Positions 15,208 through 22,952 of a stretch of DNA of 32,000 nucleotides are shown here, one piece after another. The stretch covers positions 3,180,001 to 3,212,000 of the forward strand of contig NC_003450.3 of the NCBI RefSeq assembly GCF_000011325.1, read 5' to 3'. The position numbers and the translations under genes were made by a program. Positions within the stretch are counted from its first letter, which is position 1; every line of letters begins with the position of its first letter. The notes beneath the pieces were generated by a model. It had not been told where the DNA came from and did not search any database. It worked only from the letters and a program-made list of their open reading frames with translations. This stretch comes from Corynebacterium glutamicum ATCC 13032. GTDB lineage: Bacteria > Actinomycetota > Actinomycetes > Mycobacteriales > Mycobacteriaceae.

Positions 15208-17196
15208 CTAAATCACCTGGCCCACGGTTTGCTTGGCAGAAACGGCAGGGGCTGCAGGGTCAAAAGGGGCCGCAGGACTAAAAGGAGCCGCCGCCTGCTC
15301 CACCGTATCTGCGTGAAGTTTCACAGTTTCTCCGATGAGGCCCCGGTAGTTTCCAGGCTGGGTGAGCACTCGAGCGTCTTCTGAAATTCCAGCACCGCTG
15401 ACTGCGATATCAAAGTCATCGGATTCAGCTGTTTTTACTTCTACTTCTTCTACTTTGTTGTCGTCGCTGATGATCAAAACAGCGTCTTTGCCGTCATCAT
15501 TTTTGTACACAGCTTCCAAAGGAACGGTCAGTACGTGTGGTGCGATTTCATGGACGATGCGTACTCGAGCGGATCCGCCGAGGTTGAGGCCTTCGCGGTC
15601 GCCGGTGACGGAAATTTCGATGGGGAAGGTGACGTCAGTGTTGGTGGTTGTGGCGCCTGCGGCAGCTCCTTCACCTGTAGCTGGGGCACTGGCGGCAGCT
15701 GCAATGGGGGAGACTTTGGATACTCGGCCGGCGAATTCTTTGGTTCCGGTCGATGGGGTAGTGAAGGTGACGCGGGATCCGATGGTGACGTTGCTGATCT
15801 CCGCTTCTTTTACATTCGCGGTGATCTTCAGTTCGGAATCATCAGCAACACTCAACAGTGCGCCGGCTGCTGGTTGACCTTGGGCTGCCTGCACGGATGA
15901 AACAATGCCTGAGTATGGGGAGCGAACGGTGGTGTTGTTGATATCCATCCGCAGCTGGGACGTGGATCTGGTGGCGGCTTCATTATCTACTGATGCCAAA
16001 CCTAAAGCTGCATCGATGGCGCTTGATTGGGCTTCCAATTGGTGTTGGGTGGAAAGCTGCGCGGTCTCGAGGCCAAGTGCTGCGTCTTGTTGTGCTGAGT
16101 GGGCTTCGGCAACGGCGCGCTGTGCGGCGGCTAGTTCTGAGTCAACTTTTCCGAGTGAATCAATGTAGATCCGCTCGGCTATTTCTAGAGCTTCAGTGGT
16201 GGATGCGACGCGTCGCTCAGCTTCCTCCAAAGCGGTGTAGGACTGCAAGTAAGTCTGATCTTGGCTAGGCCACGTGGAGGTTTTGGAAGCAATTGATTGT
16301 TCCAGGCCTGCAACCTTTGCTTCAGCTGCAGCGACTGCCTCTAGGTCACCTGCAGCGCGGGCTTGAGCTAGTTCGGATTCCGCAGAAGCCAAAGATTCTC
16401 TCTCATCGAGCAGACCAATGACATCGTTGAGGTTGCTGCGATCGTTGTTGAGCAGTCCGAAGTCCGCGCGCAGTCGTTCAATTTCAGCAGCATCTGCTTG
16501 CTCACGAGCTGCCTTGAGAGCATCCGATTGAGCGACCATGGTGGAATCCAATCCGCCATCCACATCTCGCTGCTTCGCTTCAAAACTGCGGATCGCATCC
16601 TGATATGCCTGTGAGGACGCCCGCAACGAGGACCGCGCCGAGTTGATCTCCGGGCTCAAACCACTATCAAGAAGTTCCCTGGACTGCTCATATGCTTGCT
16701 GCGACTGCGCGATGGAATTGCGGTTCGCCATGGCTGCACGCGCATTGTTGGCATCAGTTTCATCCAACTGTCGTTGCAGGGCAGAGGCATCCAACTCAGC
16801 CAACACCTGATCAGCTGCCACACGGTCACCAACCGCAACCGGCAAGTTCGCGACCGGCACAGTCAGACTGGTGTAAATGGTGGTGGTTCGCGCAGCTTCA
16901 ATATTTCCGTTGACAGACACACGCGCCACGATTCCCTCGGAGGAAATCTCCCGAACATCAGAAGTGGCAATCACCTGGTCATTCGATGATGAACGCAGAA
17001 AATAAAACGAGGCAGCCGCAATGATCAAAATCAGGACCACGGCCACAATGATTAATTTCTTCGGGGCCAAGGAAAGCGAAGGTGGTAGTGCCACAGTGAG
17101 ATGGCCCCGAGGATCAGGTAACCCCGGGGCACTCCTTTCATAAGTTCTTACAACAAGTCTGTATCCAAAATGCCAGGGTACGGACATACCATTCAC
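15208..17196 (-). CDS. Membrane-fusion (HlyD/MacA-like periplasmic adaptor) protein with an unusually long coiled-coil hairpin (up to 662 aa)
   Basis: N-terminal TM anchor (KKLIIVAVVLILIIAAASFYFL). Lipoyl-like half (VAVGDRVAADQVLAELD ... VRSPYSGIVSSV). About 300 aa of Ala/Gln/Glu/Leu-rich helical sequence between the halves. Beta-barrel and membrane-proximal domains. Ala/Pro repeat tail (AAPFSPAAPFDPAAPA). The start is uncertain (GTG 17196, ATG 17187, or further downstream). Confidence 0.85.
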   Translation of the reverse strand: MNGMSVPWHFGYRLVVRTYERSAPGLPDPRGHLTVALPPSLSLAPKKLIIVAVVLILIIAAASFYFLRSSSNDQVIATSDVREISSEGIVARVSVNGNIEAARTTTIYTSLTVPVANLPVAVGDRVAADQVLAELDASALQRQLDETDANNARAAMANRNSIAQSQQAYEQSRELLDSGLSPEINSARSSLRASSQAYQDAIRSFEAKQRDVDGGLDSTMVAQSDALKAAREQADAAEIERLRADFGLLNNDRSNLNDVIGLLDERESLASAESELAQARAAGDLEAVAAAEAKVAGLEQSIASKTSTWPSQDQTYLQSYTALEEAERRVASTTEALEIAERIYIDSLGKVDSELAAAQRAVAEAHSAQQDAALGLETAQLSTQHQLEAQSSAIDAALGLASVDNEAATRSTSQLRMDINNTTVRSPYSGIVSSVQAAQGQPAAGALLSVADDSELKITANVKEAEISNVTIGSRVTFTTPSTGTKEFAGRVSKVSPIAAAASAPATGEGAAAGATTTNTDVTFPIEISVTGDREGLNLGGSARVRIVHEIAPHVLTVPLEAVYKNDDGKDAVLIISDDNKVEEVEVKTAESDDFDIAVSGAGISEDARVLTQPGNYRGLIGETVKLHADTVEQAAAPFSPAAPFDPAAPAVSAKQTVGQVI

Positions 17197-17272
17197 AACA
17201 CATCAGGGAATCCACCTACTTTGTTTTCCCCTAGAAATCCCCCATTTCATCACTCCCGAATGGGGGTAATGC

Positions 17273-17304
17273 TTGATCGATCAATTGAGTTGCTTGATCG
17301 ATCA
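17273..17304. promoter_or_regulatory. Two CG-centred palindromes upstream of ino1 (LacI-type operator-like)
   Basis: TTGATCGATCAA (17273-17284, perfect 12-mer palindrome) and TGATCGATCA (17295-17304). Each lies inside a direct repeat GCTTGATCGATCA. Centres are 21 bp apart, 110-140 bp upstream of the ino1 ATG. Confidence 0.5.
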
Positions 17305-17412
17305 GGTCTGATTTCTGCTGGGAATCCCCACATTTTGGAACGTAGCGTCGATAAGCGTGCGGCGAAGCTTTTTCGGTCGCGGCCGTTATCTTTTTAAGAG
17401 GAGAAATTTTAG

Positions 17413-18504
17413 ATGAGCACGTCCACCATCAGGGTTGCCATTGCCGGAGTCGGAAACTGCGCGACCTCCCTCATTCAGGGTGTGGAATATTACCGAAATG
17501 CGGATCCTTCCGAAACTGTCCCGGGTTTGATGCACGTCAAATTCGGTGATTACCACGTTGGCGACATTGAATTCGTGGCCGCGTTCGACGTCGACGCCGA
17601 AAAAGTAGGCATCGATCTTGCCGACGCCACCGAGGCTTCACAAAACTGCACTATCAAAATCGCCGATGTCCCACAGACCGGCATCAACGTGCTGCGTGGC
17701 CCGACTCTCGACGGCCTGGGCGATCATTACCGCGCGACCATCGACGAGTCCACCGCCGAGCCAGTCGACGTTGTCCAGGCGCTTATCGACGCAAAAGCCG
17801 ATGTTTTGGTGTCCTACCTCCCAGTGGGCTCCGAAGAAGCCGACAAATTCTACGCACAAGCCGCCATCGATGCAGGCTGCGCCTTTGTCAACGCTCTCCC
17901 AGTATTCATCGCCTCCGACCCTGAGTGGGCTAAGAAGTTCACTGACGCTGGCATCCCAATTGTTGGCGATGACATCAAATCCCAGATCGGTGCAACCATC
18001 ACCCACCGTGTCCTCGCACGCCTTTTTGAAGAACGTGGCGTTCGCGTAGATCGCACCATGCAGCTCAACGTCGGCGGCAACATGGACTTCAAAAACATGC
18101 TTGACCGCAATCGCTTGGAATCCAAGAAGGTCTCCAAAACCCAAGCAGTGACCTCCAACATTCCAGATGGTCCACTGTCTGGAAAGGTGGAAGACCGCAA
18201 CGTCCACATCGGACCATCCGACCACGTCCAATGGCTCGATGACCGCAAGTGGGCTTATGTCCGCCTCGAAGGCACCGCATTCGGTGGAGTTCCCCTCAAC
18301 CTTGAGTACAAACTCGAGGTGTGGGATTCACCCAACTCTGCCGGCATCATCATCGACGCTGTTCGCGCCGCCAAGATCGCCCTCGATCGCGGTATCGGCG
18401 GACCGATCATGCCAGCAAGCTCCTACCTGATGAAGTCCCCACCTGAGCAGCTTCCAGACGATGTTGCTCGTGAACGCCTAGAGGCATTCATCATCGAGGC
18501 GTAA
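17413..18504 (+). CDS. ino1: myo-Inositol-1-phosphate synthase
   Basis: 363 aa. The N-terminal [22 protein letters not shown] and overall sequence are typical of the actinobacterial Ino1 family. GAGGAG lies upstream of the ATG. Confidence 0.96.
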   Translation: MSTSTIRVAIAGVGNCATSLIQGVEYYRNADPSETVPGLMHVKFGDYHVGDIEFVAAFDVDAEKVGIDLADATEASQNCTIKIADVPQTGINVLRGPTLDGLGDHYRATIDESTAEPVDVVQALIDAKADVLVSYLPVGSEEADKFYAQAAIDAGCAFVNALPVFIASDPEWAKKFTDAGIPIVGDDIKSQIGATITHRVLARLFEERGVRVDRTMQLNVGGNMDFKNMLDRNRLESKKVSKTQAVTSNIPDGPLSGKVEDRNVHIGPSDHVQWLDDRKWAYVRLEGTAFGGVPLNLEYKLEVWDSPNSAGIIIDAVRAAKIALDRGIGGPIMPASSYLMKSPPEQLPDDVARERLEAFIIEA

Positions 18505-18519
18505 AATTAGGCTAAAAAT

Positions 18520-18565
18520 TTGGGTTAAGGTCCAGTTTCGATCCGGACTTTAACCCAATTCTTTT
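18520..18565. terminator. Bidirectional terminator between ino1 and the convergent lipoprotein gene
   Basis: 14-bp stem TTGGGTTAAGGTCC (18520-18533) / GGACTTTAACCCAA (18545-18558) with one G-U pair. TTCTTTT follows on the plus strand and TTTTT on the minus strand. Confidence 0.8.
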
Positions 18566-18579
18566 GCCAGATTCACGTT

Positions 18580-19125
18580 TTAGAAATAATCCTCGCACCA
18601 CTGTTGACCGGCTTCAACAAAGTCTTCGGCAGTACCGAACACATGAGTCGACTCGGTATACATATCCCGCATGACTAGACCTGGATCTATTCCTTCAAGC
18701 ATTCCTACTGATGTGGAAACACTCGGCATATACTTTTCTTTTGCGAAAGGAATCGGCCAACCTTTATCTACCAACCTCGGATTGGCAATAATGTACTTTC
18801 CCTGTTCCGTGGGCAAATTGATTGGCTCAACAACTTCCCACGGTGCTGGATCAGCGATGTTGACTACAACATAACCCGACTCAGGGTTGGAAGTTTTCAA
18901 CATCCCAAGGGCTGGGTTGTTTGTCCCAGGTGGGCCATCGTAAAAACCACCGCTAAGTATCAGTTCATCCACCGCATTATCACCACAGATGTACATGTGA
19001 ACGCTTATATTTCCGTCCTCATCATGGGAAATTCCAGATTTCCCTTGCGACTCTACGTTGACGTAGTTTCCGCAGCCTGCAAGGGCCAAAACCGGAAGAA
19101 TTGGTGCAATCCACTTCAACTTCAT
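18580..19125 (-). CDS. Putative lipoprotein of unknown function (181 aa)
   Basis: MKLKWIAPILPVLALAGC carries a lipobox (LAGC). AAGGTG lies 7 nt upstream of the ATG at 19125. The ORF-track start at 19188 would add 21 non-signal residues. Confidence 0.7.
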   Translation of the reverse strand: MKLKWIAPILPVLALAGCGNYVNVESQGKSGISHDEDGNISVHMYICGDNAVDELILSGGFYDGPPGTNNPALGMLKTSNPESGYVVVNIADPAPWEVVEPINLPTEQGKYIIANPRLVDKGWPIPFAKEKYMPSVSTSVGMLEGIDPGLVMRDMYTESTHVFGTAEDFVEAGQQWCEDYF

Positions 19126-19199
19126 GAGCTTCACCTTATACATCTCTATAAGAACTCGCCCGCTAAACAGCCTGAAACTGCTCGACAAAATCCAGTGCC

Positions 19200-20687
19200 T
19201 TAACGCTTCCGGTACAAAGCTTTGCGCTGGTACTTCGGCTCTGAAGTAACCAAAACTCCGAGGTTGCGGAAAATGCCCTCATCAACTGATCCGAGGATCG
19301 TGGTGGTGTGGACATCGCAGCCGCGGAGATTTTTCAGCTCGTCCAGAGCCCGGCGGGCAGTTTCGGAGTTCGCAGCAGACACTGACAAAGCAATAAGCAC
19401 TTCATCAGTGTGCAGGCGAGGGTTGCGGGATCCCAGGTGCTGGGTCTTCAGCGATTGGATTGGCTCGATGGATTCAGGGGAGAGGAGATCCACGCTGCGA
19501 TCAATGCCAGCGAGTTCCTTCAGTGCATTAAGCACCATCGCTGCGGAGCATCCGAGAAGTTCTGAAGTCTTGCCGGTGACGAGTCGACCATCGTTAAGTT
19601 CAATGGCACAACCCGGCGCGCCGGTGGATTCTTCAACATCAAGTGCTCGGGCAACCACGCGGCGGTCTTCAACGGTGCAACCGGCCTTGCTCATGACAAT
19701 GGCGATGCGCGCTGAAATGGTATCGTCCTGCTCCTCGCGACGCTCGTCGACAAGCGCCTTGAAGTAACGCCGAACAATTTCTTGGCGGGCGGCTTCCTGG
19801 CACGCGGCGTCGTCGATAATTGCGCTTCCGACCATGTTGACACCCATGTCGGTGGGGGATTTGTACGGCGATGAGCCCGACAGCATTTCCAGCATGGTTT
19901 TCAGCAGCGGGAAGACTTCCACGTCGCGGTTGTAGCTGGTGGCTTTGGTGTCATAGGCGGCGAGGTGGAAAGGATCGATGATGTTGATGTCATCGAGATC
20001 TGCCGTGGCAGCCTCATAAGCCAAGTTAACTGGGTGCTCAAGAGGCAGGTTCCAAATGGGGAAAGTTTCAAACTTTGCGTAGCCGGACTTGATTCCGCGC
20101 TGGTGATCGCCATAAATCTGGCTCAAGCAGGTAGCGAGCTTTCCAGAACCTGGGCCCGGTGCGGTCACAACAACCAAATTGCGGGTGGTTTCCACATACT
20201 CGTTGATGCCGAAACCTTCCTCGCTAACAATGCGGCGAGCATCAGTTGGGTAACCTGGAATCACGCGGTGAACAGCAACCTTCAGGCCAAGGCGCTCTAG
20301 GCGCTGCTTGAACGCGAGTGCCTGATAGTTGTCATCCTCCAACTGTGTGAGCACCACATGCTCCGCCAAAAAGCCCAGCTCACGGAACACATCAATGAGG
20401 CGTAAAACATCTTCCTCATAAGAAATGTCGAGGTCGGCGCGGGTTTTCTTGCGCTCCAGATCCTTCGCATTGATTGCGACGAGGATTTCCAGCTCATCTT
20501 TAAGCTCAGTGAGCATAGCGATCTTGTTGTCAGGCGTGAAACCTGGCAGCACACGGGAAGCGTGCATGTCGTCGAAAAGCTTGCCGCCCATTTCCAGATA
20601 CAGCTTGCCGCCGATCTGCTCGCGGCGCTCATTGATGTGCTGCGACTGCATCTTAATATAAAGGTCGCGGTCGAATCCGATGCTCAT
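19200..20687 (-). CDS. UPF0371/DUF1846 family protein (495 aa)
   Basis: N-terminus [55 protein letters not shown] is characteristic of DUF1846. Function unknown. Confidence 0.88.
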
Positions 20688-21070
20688 AGCGCCAACTCCC
20701 CAGTTGCTTCAGCTGAAATCTAACCCCTGAAACATTACCTGGACACCCTATGAAATGGGCAAGGCCCCAGGGAGGAGGCTTATCGCCGAGGTTGGTGGAA
20801 GTCGGTTTTCGCGAGGGGTCGGGGCGTAGCGATTTAAAGGGCTTTGAGGTTGCAGTGACCCATAGATTGGTTTTGAGTGGGTTAGGCCCTTAGAGGCGAT
20901 TCTAGGAGCGTTACTTTTGAGGCGATTGAGGCTGCTGTGATTCCTGCGGGGTCACTGCAGGTTGACTGTTCAACTTCTCGTTACAGATCAGCGGAGAACT
21001 TAAAAATCGAACGAATTTTAGCAATCCCAACACTCCGTCCCCCAACTTGCACCTCCTGTGAGGTTCCACA

Positions 21071-21199
21071 GCAAGGATCCACCACATCCCACGGCAAATT
21101 CCGGAGTCTGTGGTGGATTCGTGCAGGATCCGGCGACGAAAAGTGCAAAAATCCACCACAAATTTCAGGATCAAAAATTTTGTGGTGGATTTTTGCACT
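21071..21199. repeat. Two adjacent copies of a hairpin-forming element of about 52-54 bp (consensus GCAAAAATCCACCACA-N20-22-TGTGGTGGATTTTTGC)
   Basis: Unit 1: GCAAGGATCCACCACA (21071-21086) / TGTGGTGGATTCGTGC (21109-21124). Unit 2: perfect 21-bp arms AGTGCAAAAATCCACCACAAA (21142-21162) / TTTGTGGTGGATTTTTGCACT (21179-21199). A third copy lies at 29628-29680. Confidence 0.75.
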
Positions 21200-21209
21200 A
21201 AGGAAGCCA

Positions 21210-21235
21210 CTGACCCCCGGGCTGGTGGGGGTCAG
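21210..21235 (-). terminator. GC-rich hairpin downstream of dps
   Basis: CTGACCCCC (21210-21218) / GGGGGTCAG (21227-21235) with an 8-nt loop, 23 bp after the dps stop. The U-tract is weak. Confidence 0.5.
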
Positions 21236-21257
21236 CGCCTTAACGCTTTTCGACGTT

Positions 21258-21755
21258 TTACTCTTGGATGTTTCCGTCTACATCAACAATGTGTGCGCGG
21301 ATGAACCACTGGAATTTCTCCAGCTCCGCGGCCTGGCTGATGTAGATGTCTTCAGTTACTGGATCCACTGGGCCGGCTGATGCCATGGACTCGCGAACTC
21401 CGGTCAGCACTTGGGTGTACACGCGATTGAGGTCAGTGAGGTGTGCTTGGACATTTCCGGCATTGCGCTCATATTGCAGTGGGGTGCGGTCAGCAACGTG
21501 GCCTTCTGGGGTTCCAACTGGTGCGCCTCCGAGGGTGGAAATGCGCTCTGCAACTTCGTCAGCATAGCCACGAACAAGGTCAACCTGTGGGTCGAGCATT
21601 TCGTGAACAGCAATGAAGTTGGGGCCAGTGACGTTCCAGTGCACGTGCTTCAAGATGAGGTGAAGATCGTTGTAGTCGGTGAGACGCTCCTGCAGTCCAT
21701 CAATAAGCTGCTTTGCGTCATTCTCGTTGATTCCAGGGACTGTGTAGTTTGCCAT
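21258..21755 (-). CDS. dps: Dps (DNA protection during starvation, ferritin-like)
   Basis: 165 aa. LHLILKHVHWNVTGPNFIAVHEMLD carries the ferroxidase-centre motif typical of Dps. Confidence 0.95.
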   Translation of the reverse strand: MANYTVPGINENDAKQLIDGLQERLTDYNDLHLILKHVHWNVTGPNFIAVHEMLDPQVDLVRGYADEVAERISTLGGAPVGTPEGHVADRTPLQYERNAGNVQAHLTDLNRVYTQVLTGVRESMASAGPVDPVTEDIYISQAAELEKFQWFIRAHIVDVDGNIQE

Positions 21756-21816
21756 GACCCCTATTATAGCACTGCTTGATAAATTGTCACCGGCCCTTAG
21801 CCTAAGCTTATTTATA

Positions 21817-21835
21817 TTAGGTTGTCCTATCCTGA
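21817..21835. promoter_or_regulatory. DtxR-like iron box in the dps / nei divergent intergenic region
   Basis: TTAGGTTGTCCTATCCTGA matches the corynebacterial DtxR consensus TWAGGTWAGSCTWACCTWA at 15 of 19 positions (my count). It lies 62-80 bp upstream of the dps ATG. Confidence 0.45.
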
Positions 21836-21906
21836 AAGTGCCGATTCCCGCAGGCCACGCTTAGTTTTTTATCAAATCGGCACACCGGCTACTAAGGTTG
21901 GTGATT

Positions 21907-22716
21907 ATGCCTGAAGGACACGTGATTCATCGACTAGCTGGGGAACTCACCAAGAATTTTGGCGATACCATTTTGGACGCCACTTCACCTCAAGGACGCT
22001 TTACTTCTGAAGCGGCGATCATCAACGGTCACCGCATCGCGGTTGCGGAGGCTTACGGCAAGCACCTGTTCGTCGAGTTCGATGCGGATCACCCTGAGCA
22101 CATTTTGTATATCCATTTGGGGCTGATTGGCACGTTGCAGTTTGAACCTGCGGAAGAAACCCGCGGGCAGATTCGCCTGCACCTTTCCGACGGGGAGATC
22201 GCAGCTAATTTGCGCGGACCCCAATGGTGCAGGTTGATCACCGATGCAGAGCGCACCCAGGCCATTGGAAAATTGGGCGCTGATCCGATTCGCGATGATG
22301 CCGATCCGGAACCAATTCGGATTAAGGTGCAGCGCTCAGGGCGAAGCATTGGTTCGTTGTTGATGGATCAGAAGCTTTTCGCAGGTGTGGGAAATATCTA
22401 CCGTGCGGAGACACTTTTCCGCCTGGGGATTTCACCGTTCACCATTGGAAAAGACATCACCACGGCACAGTTCCGATCCATTTGGGCGGATCTTGTTGGG
22501 TTGATGAAAGACGGTGTTGTGACTGGTCGGATTGATACTGTGCGCCCGGAACACACACCGGAGGCGATGGGTAGGCCACCGCGGAAAGATGATCACGGCG
22601 GTGAGGTTTACACCTATCGGCGAACCGGTCAAGAGTGCTTTCTGTGCGCAACTCCCATCAAGGAGCAGGTCATGGAGGGTCGCAACTTATTTTGGTGTCC
22701 CGGCTGCCAACGCTAG
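21907..22716 (+). CDS. nei: Fpg/Nei-family DNA glycosylase (endonuclease VIII-like)
   Basis: The start is set at the ATG giving MPEGHVIHR, because the N-terminal Pro2 is catalytic in this family. H2TH region (GVGNIYRAETLFRLGISP) and C-terminal zinc finger (CFLC...CPGCQ). Confidence 0.9.
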   Translation: MPEGHVIHRLAGELTKNFGDTILDATSPQGRFTSEAAIINGHRIAVAEAYGKHLFVEFDADHPEHILYIHLGLIGTLQFEPAEETRGQIRLHLSDGEIAANLRGPQWCRLITDAERTQAIGKLGADPIRDDADPEPIRIKVQRSGRSIGSLLMDQKLFAGVGNIYRAETLFRLGISPFTIGKDITTAQFRSIWADLVGLMKDGVVTGRIDTVRPEHTPEAMGRPPRKDDHGGEVYTYRRTGQECFLCATPIKEQVMEGRNLFWCPGCQR

Positions 22717-22869
22717 ACAGATTCACCTTTTGCTGTCATCATTGGCTCTACACGTTTAAATGAGGAAGTTAAGGAGTCGGCCGTGCGCTTTTATCAGCAA
22801 CTACACCTGCTGCAAAAGCCTGCGCCGCCATGCCTTCTAAACGTGTTGAACTTCTAAAAACACATTTTT

Positions 22870-22917
22870 AAGCCCTCCCGGCGCAGCTGAAAACTCAGTC
22901 GCCGGGAGGGCTTTTTT
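22870..22917 (+). terminator. Strong rho-independent terminator between nei and rtcB
   Basis: 14-bp GC-rich stem AAGCCCTCCCGGCG (22870-22883) / CGCCGGGAGGGCTT (22900-22913) followed by TTTT (22914-22917). It ends only 35 nt before the rtcB ATG. Confidence 0.85.
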
Positions 22918-22940
22918 GTACCCGAATTTGTACCCGAATT
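22917..22940. repeat. Perfect 12-bp tandem duplication TGTACCCGAATT x2 between the terminator and the rtcB RBS
   Basis: Read directly: TGTACCCGAATT TGTACCCGAATT followed by TAAGGAATCGCT-ATG. Confidence 0.7.
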
Positions 22941-22952
22941 TAAGGAATCGCT

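Noticed and set aside
17170-17397. 75-aa plus-strand ORF in the ino1 upstream spacer
   Set aside because: No RBS and odd composition. It spans the operator-like palindromes and the promoter region of two divergent operons.
20911-21380. 99-aa minus-strand and 147-aa and 64-aa plus-strand ORFs in the DUF1846-dps spacer
   Set aside because: They read straight through the palindromic repeat units, which explains why both strands stay open. They lack an RBS, one overlaps dps, and the translated products are repeat-derived (WWI, STTNF).
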